Source: Setoptus koraiensis (taxonomy: Eukaryota; Animalia; Arthropoda). From it: a stretch of 64,000 nt of DNA. The translations under genes and the position numbers were made by a program. A model generated the notes under the pieces. It saw only the letters and a program-made list of their open reading frames with translations, was not told the DNA's origin and made no database searches. The DNA lies in contig CM106585.1 in NCBI GenBank assembly GCA_048013815.1, positions 10,106,001 to 10,170,000 of the forward strand, written 5' to 3'. Position 1 is the first letter of the stretch. Every line of letters starts with the position of its first letter. Positions 13,238 through 25,383 of this stretch are shown here, in pieces.

Positions 13238-15362
13238 GATAAGTCGGGCCCAGGCAGCGCCCTCGCCGCCATGCCAAAAACGTCACTGCCCGCACACTAT
13301 AGTTCCGAGTGCATCTAAACAAACAAGCTCTGCGCGCCCCTGGTGGAGTAAGGAAAACTAAAGAGTTGCGCGTAGTACACAAGTTGCAGTGGCGCACGAT
13401 ATTGTCTTCAGCTGTTCTCGTGCTAATGGCGTCGAACTAGAGTGTGTGCTTGTCTGCGTCGCTCCCATGCGCCCAGACCGGTTTAAAAACAAACCCGCCA
13501 GTGCGGCGCTGCTCGGCTTTCCTCTAGCACCGCTAACAAATTGAAGCAGCGTGAGCTCTCAAGGCGCCCTCGACGAACAACGTTCAAGGCGCACGCAATC
13601 AAAACAAGTTAACAAGTTTGTGGGAAACGCGCCCAGCTTGGCTGTGCAACCACTCTATGATGGCAGCGCCCCTCACGGATCTTCTCGTAAACTTATCTCG
13701 AAGCATTCGACAAGATGCACGCAGTACATGAATGTATGTTTGTTTGTTTGTTTGTTTGTGCGTGCGTGCGTGTGTGTGTGTGTGTGTGTGGTGTGCCAAA
13801 AATGTCTTCCTCATCACAAGACAACCTTATCCATTACATAATAGTCTATTATCAAAATTAACATTATTATTACTCCATCATCTTTTGGTTGTTGCGTAGC
13901 AACCGAAATGTTGCCATCATCATGTCGTGTGATGGTGCTAATGTTATTATCATTGCACTCATCAACAAATACACCAGTTAGATAGATATCACACAAATCA
14001 TAAGGATTCTCATATATTATTATGGTTGTATTATATATTACTAGATGATCATTATTGCTACCAATACTACTACTAAATACATTAGCCACTCCACTAACAA
14101 CATTTGACGTCTCGATAGGACTAGAAAGGAACAAACAGGATGATTGAGGAATTTTAATGCACAATATTCGTCCGAAATAATAATTTGGTTTTAGTTGTAG
14201 ACAGACAAGGTTAATACATTTCGACTGGTATTATTAGTTATCGCAGTCTGCACGTTCATCAATTCGAGCAATCCAACTTATCGGCACTCATATTACTACC
14301 ATTATTACATTATTACATGTTCATGTAAGACTAATACTATTATCACTACTGTTGTTACCAACACCATCTGTATTAGCAACGATCACTTTCGGCTAATGCC
14401 AGTTATAACAAGACCATCATTATCAAGACACAGTTGAACAAAGGAATGATACATGACACCTGTTAGTTGTCTTAAAGAAATTCTAAACTATTATCGAGTG
14501 GCGCACATTCTTTCGTTGTCATTGCCGCCACTTGCACCGTCAACAGTGTCAATCCACTGCAGCAAACAAGACAACACTTCGGTATAATTGTTATTGGAGG
14601 GGAACAATTCGAACTAATAATAAACATACGCCACAACAGACAAACACACTCTGGCACTATTCCGCACACTCTAAACTCATACTCCTCTCTGAACAAGCAG
14701 ACGCTATGACGATACAGCCAGAGTGAGACTTTCAGCGAAAAAAAACTGTCATAGTGGTGACATCAGCAAAACTAAAACATTAATACTATATATATTTATT
14801 TGGGAGAGTCAAATTTATCACTTTTATACATTAACCATAACAATAACAACACTAACCTACAACGGACCACAACATCATTTGTGATACAGACTAAGGACAT
14901 ACTTCAATATATTATCACCAAATTTGATGATCATCACACTAACAAATAGTTCTGCTGTGACAATATAACTAGGTTCGACAGCGATCTACGCATTCGACTA
15001 TCATCAATTTTTTCGTTGGTTAGTTTGTTATATAACCTAATGGTATTAAAAGTAGACGAAGCAGTCCAATAAACATTCCGAGCCATCCGCTTGATCACCA
15101 CGTTTTGACTAAGTTGCTTAGAAATTAGATGGACATATTGTAACTTGAAAAGTAGCTGAAAAAACTCATCTAAAACACCATCATCTATTATAATAGCTGT
15201 AGCTATAATGACACATGATATGACATCATTTAATTGATCAAGTGATATTAGAAACCTACGATATTCCACATCCTTGAGTATTATAGATTGTAACTATTGA
15301 ATCGCAACACATTCACCATAGATTCTATTTTTTTATTGCAGTCAGCATCATCCATTCCTCAA

Positions 15363-16653
15363 ATGAACGAACCACAAAAGAAACCAAATAGAAAAGTTTG
15401 GGCTTTAGTCCGACATGCCATGATGAACCAGTTAAAAAACTTAAGAGATTCATGGATTCAGCTTGCTGGCCATAAAGGTAACGTAATAATGAGTTGAAAA
15501 TTATTCGTGCTCAATATCGAATAAAATTACCGATACCATTGAACTATTTTTTTTTCTCTCAACACTTCAGGCTGCTTCATGAAAGGATCAGCCCCAGACA
15601 CTATATTAAAGCGACTTTCTGGACAAGAAGAGAACTGTTTCAACAAGCTGAAATTCGATGAATTAGCTAGTTTTGTGCCAAAGGTTAAACGGAAAGTCTT
15701 TCAAGATGGTGAGGCTTTTTTAGAGATGCAGGATCTTCTAGCTTGTTTCAAAGACGCCTCGGTCATGGATGTTAAGATGGGTTGTAGGACTTATCGAGAA
15801 GATGAATTAGAAAATGCATTTAAAGATAACAAGTTGCGTTCCGATATGTATGAGAAAATGATTGAAATAGACCAAAATGAGCCCACACAAGAAGAAAAAC
15901 AGCAAAAAGCTGTCACGAAACCGCGATACATGATCTGGAGAGAAACAATTAGCTCTTCGGCGAGTTTAGGCTTCCGAATCGAGGGAATGAGACTGGGCGA
16001 TGGTACAGTCGATAAAGAGTTCAAAACCATCAGGACGGAGGATCAAGTTGCTGTGGCCTTAGCGAGATTTACACAGAGCAACGTACAAGTCAGGAGTTTG
16101 TATTTGGATCGACTTAAAGATCTCAAGAATGCGCTAGAAAAGTCGCAGTTTTTCACTACTCACGAGGTAGGTTTGAATCGCAACTCACAATACCGAGCTA
16201 GCCTGCATAAAAGCTAACTAGTTTGTCTAACGAACTATGTTTTTTTATTCTATATTCGAAACTGTGTTATAGTTGATAGGAAGCTCTCTCTTATTTGTAC
16301 ATGATCAGACAGACGCCAACATATGGTTGATTGACTTTGCAAAAACACACACGTTACCCAATGATATCAAAATAACTCATTCGAGCAAGTGGGAAATTGG
16401 AAATCACGAAGACGGATATTTGATAGGGATAGATAATCTAATAAAAATTTTCGAACAGATCAGTAAGATCCCTCTGACCAACAACAAATCGGATTCTATT
16501 GTCCAATCTAATGAAATATCGATGGCAGAACACGCAGACAGCCACAAACTGAATAACATAAACAACGATAACAACAATGTGACTCAGACAAACAATCACC
16601 AACCTCTGTTTTCACCCCAGAGTAGCAGCAATGGTCAAACTGTTTGCGAGTAA
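15363..16653 (+). CDS. IP3K: Inositol-trisphosphate 3-kinase (IPK family), 3 exons: about 15363-15477, 15571-16166, 16273-16653
   Basis: Motifs WIQLAGHKG, QDLL, MDVKMGCRTY, SSASLGFRIEG, LIGSSLLFVHD and WLIDFAKT. GT-AG introns at 15478-15570 and 16167-16272 with matching phases. A further acceptor at 15341 suggests an upstream exon. Confidence 0.95.
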
Positions 16654-17831
16654 ATTTGATTACGTCTTTCCTATATTGAATGACTTATATTCAATGACAG
16701 CAACCATAACAAGTTACCGAAAGAGTATTTGAGAGTCTGACCATCGATATCATATTTTCTCTCCAGAAACCATATTTGATATATAATGACAACTAACTGA
16801 CATGATGTGTATTTTCTGTAAATAAACTGGTTCTTCATACACATGTCTTTGACAATTGACCCGGAATCAAAAGAAGTTAGAGATATGTGGTAATTACTAT
16901 AGTACAATGGTACAATGTCTAATGTAACAACAGCTGTTAGAATGATTTGCTGGATATAGAGGTAAAGTCGTTTATAAGGGGATTTGTTAGTAACCTTGAC
17001 TCCATTCAACCTAACTACAATTCTACTAATGCACGATCTAAGAAAATTTTATAGCCTGCGAAAAGTCTGGCACTTATGTGTTGTTTAATGATGTACTAAA
17101 TTGAAGGTAATGCTGAGTTGCTACTCCCCAGTTCTCCCCCACTCTTCTGAATCTCCAGAGAAAGAAAGAAAGATAAAAGAACCAGCTGACGAGAAAAAGA
17201 GAGTGACAGATTTCGTGACATTTCTGCTTATTAAAAGTTTAAAGATCTACGTTGGTTACCTCACTACGATCTAATTAACCTGCCATTTGTGGGGAGTGTA
17301 ATACAGTGGAATCATGAAGTGCAGAAACAGTGCGCCCAAGTAGTCGGCGCGATTAGAAGTAACTCCCTAAACCTATCGGCTGTGACCAAGAAGAGCCCAA
17401 GAAAGAACCACTCCAAACTTTAAATTCACCCATGTGTGTTGAAACTCTGGTCGAAAAAGTGAAAATTTGATTCGAATTAAAATTAGGTAAGAATTGGACA
17501 ATATGATAAATAAGGATAGAAAATTTGAGACGGAGTAATTGAATCAGAATTAGTGTTTTATTGATCCAATGAATGGGTTAATTTTGGGAAAAGTCCAGGC
17601 GCCGATGGTCTTATGTTGATGAATCGAGAGTGCCACATATTTTGCTGATTGTGTTATGGATCTTGTATAACAATTAAGTCTAGATGTAGACACGTTAGTC
17701 GCCGAGTTTCGCATCACCCTTATTTTCCTCCGTGGATAATACCAATATTGGCTGCACCAAGTGAATATTGGCGTTTCACTCTGACAAATGTCGCCCCGTC
17801 GAGGGGAGCGTTAGCGGATGCTTGTTGTACC

Positions 17832-18158
17832 TCACTGGCCGCCGTACTGCTTGGCAAATGACTTCCAAGCTTGACGTTTCTTTCTGCCAACTGCCGACGC
17901 GTAAGCAGCGGCTTGGCGTTTCACTCTGCCGAAGCCAGCTTTGTTGAGACCCTGATCCAAGACATCTCCGAATGATTTGGCAGCGTCGAGGGGAGCGTTA
18001 GCGGATACTTGTTGTACCATTTTCTGTACCTCACTTGTTGCGGAGCGGCGTCCTCGGGTGGCAATACCATACCCCTGACATGACACTTGATGTTCTGATA
18101 AATTGATGGCCATGACTATTACGGCTAACAACACAATGATGGATAATAATTTGGACAT
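17832..18158 (-). CDS. Secreted prepropeptide family, copy 1 (108 aa)
   Basis: Signal peptide, RGRR/RVKR/RKKR sites, peptides QAAAYASAV-G and QAWKSFAKQYGGQ. Confidence 0.85.
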   Translation of the reverse strand: MSKLLSIIVLLAVIVMAINLSEHQVSCQGYGIATRGRRSATSEVQKMVQQVSANAPLDAAKSFGDVLDQGLNKAGFGRVKRQAAAYASAVGRKKRQAWKSFAKQYGGQ

Positions 18159-18442
18159 GATGAAAATGTTGGTAATGTTGACTTTAGCTGTGATATTACT
18201 TTGTTTAGTGCTGATCTCAGGCAGAAAGAGAGTCGGAGTACGTTAAATGATTACTTGTGAGGAATGACTACGACTTTGGGTTCGTGCCCAGCTTAAATAG
18301 TTTCCAATTTTATGCTGATAGAATTTTGAGCATCTCAACATCATCTGATAAGATCAATAATTAGCTGTTTATCTGTGATACGAGACTAGAAACTCATGTG
18401 ATTATTCAAAAGTTAGTCTTTCTGATATCTGAGCGCGCACAT

Positions 18443-18859
18443 GGGCTGAACAATAAAAGTTGGAGATTATATCGGTGATTGTTTGTTTCTATCACAACGA
18501 ACTTTGTACATCTCAACATCACATGCTAAAATAATAGTTAGCCATTGGAGTGGGAGACGGGACAAGAAACTCATGCATATTTGTTGTAAACAGTTTAAAC
18601 TATGAAGGTAGAAACCTAATCGAAACAATGAAATATTTTTGTTTGTTCATGCGATTCTCATCTCGATACACCATCTTCTTCATGATGCTACTGTCCTATG
18701 CTTCCCACAAATGGGATGTAAATTTATTTGTTTGTCTTTTATGAGTACATCAGAACCTTTCTAGTTGCTAGTTATTGTTGCCGCTCATTGTGATCGAGAC
18801 AAACGATCATCGATATAGTCTCCAGATTTTATAGTTCGGTCAGTGGAAATTGTACATGA
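18443..18859. promoter_or_regulatory. Shared spacer of divergent peptide gene pair 1/2 (putative bidirectional regulatory region)
   Basis: Homologous sequence recurs at about 29881-30283, 32560-32905 and partly 34130-34239, always upstream of family members. Confidence 0.55.
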
Positions 18860-19143
18860 ATGTGCGAGCTCAGATATCAGAAAGACTAACTTTTGAATAA
18901 TCACATGAGTTTCTAGTCTCGTATCACAGATAAACAGCTAATTATTGATCTTATCAGATGATGTCGGGATGTTCAAAATTTGATCAACATGAAATTGAAA
19001 ACTATTTAAGCTGGACTCGAACACTAAGACCAAGTCATTCCTCACAAGTAATCACACTAAACACTCCACCTATCTCTCTGCCTGAGATCAACACTAAACA
19101 AAGTCATATCACAGTTAAAATCAACATTAGCAACATTTTCATC

Positions 19144-19599
19144 ATGTCCAAATTACTATCCATCATTGTGTTGTTAGCCGTAATGGTCATGGCCATCAAT
19201 TTATCAGAACATCAAGTGTCATGTCAGGGGTATGGTATTGCCACCCGAGGACGCCGCTCCGCAACAAGTGAGGTACAGAAAATGGTACAACAAGTATCCG
19301 CTAACGCTCCCCTCGACGCTGCCAAATCATTCGGAGATGTCTTGGATCAGGGTCTCAACAAAGCTGGCTTCGGCAGAGTGAAACGCCAAGCCGCTGCTTA
19401 CGCGTCGGCAGTTGGCAGAAAGAAACGCCAAGCTGCTGCTTATGCCTCGCAATTCAGAAACAAACGCCAAGCCGCTGCTTATGCGTCGGCAGTTGGCAGA
19501 AAGAAACGTCAAGCTGCTGCTTATGCCTCGCAATTCAGAAATAAACGCCAATATTCACTTGGTGGATACAATATTGGTATTATCCACGGAGGAAAATAA
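19144..19599 (+). CDS. Secreted prepropeptide family, copy 2 (151 aa; true start at 19144)
   Basis: MSKLL start inside the 213-aa ORF. Modules (QAAAYASAVGRKKR-QAAAYASQFRNKR)x2 plus QYSLGGYNIGIIHGGK. Confidence 0.9.
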   Translation: MSKLLSIIVLLAVMVMAINLSEHQVSCQGYGIATRGRRSATSEVQKMVQQVSANAPLDAAKSFGDVLDQGLNKAGFGRVKRQAAAYASAVGRKKRQAAAYASQFRNKRQAAAYASAVGRKKRQAAAYASQFRNKRQYSLGGYNIGIIHGGK

Positions 19600-20665
19600 G
19601 GGTGATGCGAAACTCGACGACTAACGTGTCTACATATAGACTTAATTTTTATACAAGATCCATAACACAATCAGCAAAATATGTCGCACTTTCGATTCAT
19701 CAACATCAAACCATCGACGCCTCGACTTTTTCCCAAAATTAACCCATTTATCGGTTCAATAAAACACTAATTCTGATTCAATTACTCCGTCTCAAGTGTT
19801 CTATCCTTATTTATCATATTGTCCAATTCTTACCTAATTTTAATTCGAATCAAATTTTCGCTTTTCGACCAGAGTTTCAACACACATGGGTGAATTTAAA
19901 GTTTGGAGTGGTTCTTTCTTGGGCTCTTCTTGGTCACAGCCGATAGGTTTAGGGAGTTACTTCTAATCGCGCCGACTACTTGGGCGCACTGTTTCTGCAC
20001 TTCATGATTCCACTGTATTACACTCCCCACAAATGGCAGGTTAATTAGATCGTAGTGAGGTAACCAACGTAGATCTTTAAACTTTTAATAAGCAGAAATG
20101 TCACGAAATCTGTCACTCTCTTTTTCTCGTCAGCTGGTTCTTTTATCTTTCTTTCTTTCTCTGGAGATTCAGAAGAGTGGGGGAGAACTGGGGAGTAGCA
20201 ACTCAGCATTACCTTCAATTTAGTACATCATTAAACAACACATAAGTGCCAGACTTTTCGCAGGCTATAAAATTTTCTTAGATCGTGCATTAGTAGAATT
20301 GTAGTTAGGTTGAATGGAGTCAAGGTTACTAACAAATCCCCTTATAAACGACTTTACCTCTATATCCAGCAAATCATTCTAACAGCTGTTGTTACATTAG
20401 ACATTGTACCATTGTACTATAGTAATTACCACATATCTCTAACTTCTTTTGATTCCGGGTCAATTGTCAAAGACATGTGTATGAAGAACCAGTTTATTTA
20501 CAGAAAATACACATCATGTCAGTTAGTTGTCATTATATATCAAATATGGTTTCTGGAGAGAAAATATGATATCGATGGTCAGACTCTCAAATACTCTTTC
20601 GGTAACTTGTTATGGTTGCTGTCATTGAATATAAGTCATTCAATATAGGAAAGACGTAATCAAAT

Positions 20666-21102
20666 TTACTCGCAAACAGTTTGACCATTGCTGCTACTCT
20701 GGGGTGAAAACAGAGGTTGGTGATTGTTTGTCTGAGTCACATTGTTGTTATCGTTGTTTATGTTATTCAGTTTGTGGCTGTCTGCGTGTTCTGCCATCGA
20801 TATTTCATTAGATTGGACAATAGAATCCGATTTGTTGTTGGTCAGAGGGATCTTACTGATCTGTTCGAAAATTTTTATTAGATTATCTATCCCTATCAAA
20901 TATCCGTCTTCGTGATTTCCAATTTCCCACTTGCTCGAATGAGTTATTTTGATATCATTGGGTAACGTGTGTGTTTTTGCAAAGTCAATCAACCATATGT
21001 TGGCGTCTGTCTGATCATGTACAAATAAGAGAGAGCTTCCTATCAACTATAACACAGTTTCGAATATAGAATAAAAAAACATAGTTCGTTAGACAAACTA
21101 GT
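20666..21102 (-). pseudogene. Orphan inverted duplicate of the IP3K last exon plus the 3' part of intron 2
   Basis: 126-aa ORF identical to 16273-16653. The upstream exons are absent and the copy ends at 21102. Confidence 0.9.
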
Positions 21103-21450
21103 CAGATGATGTCGAGATGTTCAAAATTTGATCAACATAAAGTTGAAAACTATACCCAAATATTGTGAAATTTTGGTCGAAAAGTGAAAATTTGATCCGA
21201 ATTTCAATTAAAATTACGTAAGAATTCGATAGTAAGATTAATAAGGATAGAATACTCGAGACGGAGTAATTGAATCAGAATTCGTGTTTTATTGATCCAA
21301 TGAATGGGTTAATTCTGGAAAAAGTCCAGGCGTCGATGGTTCAATGTTGATTGATCGAAAGTGCGACATATTTTGCTGATTGTGTTATGGATCTTGTATA
21401 ACAATTAAGTCTAGATGTAGACACGTTAGTCGCCGAGTTTCGCATCACCC

Positions 21451-21702
21451 TTATTTTCCTCCGTGGATAATACCAATATTGGCTGCACCAAGTGAATATT
21501 GGCGTTTCACTCTGACAAATGTCGCCCCGTCGAGGGGAGCGTTAGCGGATGCTTGTTGTACCTCACTTGGCGCGGAGCGGCGTCCTCTGACTGGGGGCAA
21601 CTTGCCTGACATATCGCCTTGACATGACACTTGATGTTCCGATAGATTGATGGCCATGACTATTACGGCTAACAACACAATGATCGATAATAGTTTGGAC
21701 AT
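21451..21702 (-). CDS. Secreted prepropeptide family, copy 3 (83 aa)
   Basis: Same signal peptide, distinct first peptide QGDMSGKLPPV-RGRR, terminal QYSLGAANIGIIHGGK. Confidence 0.88.
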   Translation of the reverse strand: MSKLLSIIVLLAVIVMAINLSEHQVSCQGDMSGKLPPVRGRRSAPSEVQQASANAPLDGATFVRVKRQYSLGAANIGIIHGGK

Positions 21703-21953
21703 GATGAAAATGTTGGTTATGTTGACTTTAGCTGTGATATTACTTTGTTTAGTGCTGATCTCAGGCAGAGAGATAGATGGAGTGTGTCAAATGATTACTT
21801 GTGAGGAATGAGTTAGCCTTTGTGTTCGAGTCCAGCTTAAATAGTTTTCAATTTTATGTTGATAGAATTTTTGACATCTCGACATCATCTGATAAGATCA
21901 ATAATTAGCTATTTATCTGGGAGGCGGGACAAGAAACTCATGGGACTATTCAT

Positions 21954-23183
21954 CCATATGCGCATTTCGGCGCATTTCGGCGCATTTCGGTGCATTTCGG
22001 ACGCATCTCCGAGCAGACTTGGCGGCGAGCACTTCGGAGTGCCCATAGTGCCGGCGCCGATGCCCCCGAAAAACGACTTCGGACCTTTCCGGGTCGGCGA
22101 CCTGACTTGGCAGCTCAAACTAACTCACAAGGTAAACCTCTTTTCCAGGTACAAAAGATTCCACCTGACTATTGTCTAACTCTTCTCTCCTGATCAAGCT
22201 GAGCAAGTAACAGCAAGCGCCAGTGCTATTACGTAAGAGTAGCCACCATCTCCGAAGTGTGTGTGTGTGTAGAAACTGGTTTTTGCTCGTCGTTGTCTGT
22301 GTATCTGACAACACCAGACACTATCTGTCCGGCGCTTGTTTGCGCCTGTCCACTCGTTATGAGCTGGCCTGACTGACACAACATTGCAGAGAACTGTTGG
22401 GCAATTTTGTTTGCATTATTTCATATCGCCACCACTTTATTTCCATTTCGAAGCGCCGGCGCGTTTCACGTTGCGCTCGCTTCGGGGCGCACAATTCGCG
22501 GTCAACAAGCGAATTGTGCCGCCTGCTTACAATCGGCGCTTCCGGCCTCCAGTGTGCGCCTATCGGGCAACTGAGCCACCCCTCGCCACTCGGGACGAGT
22601 TCACGTTCGAATTCGCGGGCTTCGACCGGCTGCCGGCGCCGATCTGGCAGCCGAGGCCGGTCGCCGGAGCTCGGTTTTGCCCGAGTGGTCATACTTGTTG
22701 TTGCCACTTGTTGCGAGTTTCGCGGCCGCGTCGTACCCGTCGAGCCCGCTCAAGGTCACTCGCGGGCTGAAAACGAAAGCTGCGCGGCTCGGGCTCGACG
22801 AGCCGGCGCGAGAGTCCGAGCTGCTGGCGGCGAGAGCGAAACGACCGCCAACGCGGGCAGCCGCGGACGTTTGTTTGGCGGCCAAGCAGGGCTCGCTCGC
22901 CGGCGTTGTGTGACGTCGCTGGCCAGTGGTCAGTGAACTCGCGAGACCAGACGAGCAGTGCGCGCCGGCGAGCGCACCGAGCCGCCCGAGAGCGTTTGCA
23001 TAATTACGGCGCCACTGGGAGACTTTCGCTGCTCAGCTTTCGCCGCTCCGAAGTGGCCGCTCTGGCCGAATTTGCCGCTCTTGCCGGGCGCGGAGGCAGT
23101 CGAGATGAAATGGGCATGTAGCAACAACAGGTTACCAGCTGTAGAAACAAGCGCAATGCGGAACTTGACGACTAAGCCAACTT
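21954..23183. other. GC-rich insert between peptide copies 3 and 4
   Basis: Abrupt compositional shift. It starts with 4x CGCATTTCGG (21961-22000) and replaces the family spacer. No protein recognised. Confidence 0.6.
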
Positions 23184-23368
23184 TTGATCTTATTAGATGA
23201 TGTTGAGATGTTCAAAATTTGATCAACATGAAATTGAAAACTTTTTGAGCTGGGCACGAACCCAAAGTCGTAGTCATTCCTCACAAGTAATCATTCGACA
23301 CTTTCCCTGAGATCAGCACCAATCAAAGCCATATCACAGTTAAAATCAACATTAGCAACATTTTCATC

Positions 23369-23614
23369 ATGTCCAAATTACTATCCATCATTGTGTTGTT
23401 AGCCGTAATAGTCATGGCCATCAATCTATCGGAACATCAAGTGTCATGTCAGGGGTATGGTATTGCTACCCGAGGACGCCGCTCCGCACCAAGTGAGCGC
23501 CTCAACGCTCGCCTCAACGCTACCAATTCACTCGCTGGTGTCTTGGCCGGCAGAGAGAAACGTCAGTTTTCATATCCAGGCCTTCGGAAAAACAATACGA
23601 ACTCAGGAAAATAA
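23369..23614 (+). CDS. Secreted prepropeptide family, copy 4 (81 aa)
   Basis: Same signal peptide, RGRR and REKR sites, terminal QFSYPGLRKNNTNS-GK. Confidence 0.88.
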   Translation: MSKLLSIIVLLAVIVMAINLSEHQVSCQGYGIATRGRRSAPSERLNARLNATNSLAGVLAGREKRQFSYPGLRKNNTNSGK

Positions 23615-24909
23615 GGGTGATGCGAAACTCGGCGACTAACGTGTCTACATCTAGACTTAATTGTTATACAAGATCCATAACACAATCATTAAAATATGTC
23701 GCACTCTTGTATTCATCAACATTAAACCATCGACGCCTGGACTTTTTCCAGAATTAACCCATTTATTGGATCAATAAAACACTAATTCTGATTCAATAAC
23801 TCCGTCTCAAATTTTCTATCCTTATTTATCGCACTATCTAATTCCTACGTGATTTTAATTCAAAATCGGATGAAATTTTCACTTTTCGACCAAAATTTCA
23901 ACCTATTTGGGTGTTTTTGCAGTTAGGATTATATCTCATTCAGGCTTTTCTTGGGCACAGTCGATTGGTTTATTGAGTCACGGCTAGTAGCGTCGATTAC
24001 TTTCGCTGTCTCTGCACTAGGTAATGGACTCCCTAAATTCGTCACAGGCCTTTAGTCATGGCAATTCCTTCTATTCTTATCGCCCTAAGAATTCGACCTC
24101 TTCGCCTCTATCATAATATTATAGATATTGGTACGTTTATTCAGTGATGTTACATGACTGATTACATGTATACAAGTTGATTAATGACGATGTATCTCGT
24201 ACAGACAATGTGGACGAGGTGAAACAAAGCCATGTTAGATCAATCGCATAAATAGATTGTTCAATCCTATTGTATTGGATCGACTTATTTACCTCAATCA
24301 AAACCATGTCGATAGAAACAGCTATGTATGGCTTCGATTATAAAAGTATGAAGTGTGCCCTATTATAATTAGATAACATGGTTAGCTGATCACGATGCTG
24401 TTATTGACATACAGATTGGTTTTAAAGTTAATGAGTGTGTGTCGAGTAATATGTCACAGCTAATAAGCCACAGATGTGATGGGATGTTTGGATAATAGCA
24501 ATTGATTTGCAAGCTATGCTACTCCCAATATATGATGTCATGAATACAAATTACACTGATAGACAGACTCTGCGATAAACACCATATCAGACACCATGGA
24601 TTGTTTTGCGACAACAAACATGTCAACATTGATGTGTCTTGCACAAGTCAACTAACCGTATGCCATTTAATGATTTTGATATCATATATTGCGATATATA
24701 TATTAATGAGAGAGTACAGTTCACTCATTAATATGTTGGCAAAATGTAATAAAAGCATCATTTAGTTCTCACTGGCAACCACAGTGGAAAAACAAGCTTC
24801 AACAATTTACGACAGCAATTTGGGTTGAAAAAACTAAAGGTTATTCAAGTTTGTTGCTGATCAGTCCAAAGGAAAATTCCACCTAGAAGCGTTATACAAA
24901 AAAGAAAAT

Positions 24910-25383
24910 ATGTCTCCAATAAACCAGAAAGTGATGTGTGTCTCAGGTAAGATTCTCAGAACATCAAGGTGTAACATTGACTAGCTATCAGGCGTACAAA
25001 ACTCATTTAATAACCCGAATGTGTAAACTCTCTCATTGTCGTCATTGTTGTATCTATAAGTAGTAGCCGTTTTGTTTGCTGGTGCAATTTTAGCGACACC
25101 CTCAGACAGTGCTAACACTGACCAGAAGCCATTCAATGATGAATTGCTCAGAATAAATTCATCGGAATCCTATCTAATCGGCGCAAACTGTCAAGAAAAT
25201 GAAAGAGCAGCGTTGGGTATGTTGCCTGAATGTGAGCCTAGTTGCGACAATCCAAGACCAATCTGTCCAAGGATATTCGCTATCATGGAGAAGCCATGCT
25301 GTTTTTGCAAAGAACCTCTAGTTCGTGACAAAAAATCGAATTTGTGTATTCAGTTAGATCAATGCGAATCGAACAACTTGTAA
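24910..25383 (+). CDS. Secreted TIL (trypsin-inhibitor-like cysteine-rich) domain protein; exons 24910-24946 and 25061-25383
   Basis: Splicing G|GTAAG...ATAAG|TA gives the signal peptide MSPINQKVMCVSVVAVLFAGAILA. The domain reads CQENE...CEPSC...C...CFC...C.....C. Confidence 0.8.

Larger units (their letters stand above)
16217..21102. repeat. Large inverted duplication: arms about 16217-18442 and 18860-21102, 417-bp spacer
   Basis: The arms are reverse complements ending at ACTAGT. The IP3K last-exon ORF and a 112-aa ORF appear identically on opposite strands. Confidence 0.95.

Noticed and set aside
18955-19010. ATGATG...TGA module as a C/D box snoRNA
   Set aside because: No exact C box (RTGATGA) or D box pairing, and the module behaves as an upstream flank.
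19387-19548. Regularly spaced repeats as a CRISPR array
   Set aside because: They are in-frame coding modules without unique spacers, in a eukaryote with no cas genes.
16671-20648. Identical 112-aa ORF pair (16671-17009 and 20310-20648)
   Set aside because: TTG start and no features. The identity simply reflects the inverted duplication.
22760-22800. CTGA...CGAAA as a hammerhead ribozyme core
   Set aside because: The CUGANGA core and the required stems are not present.
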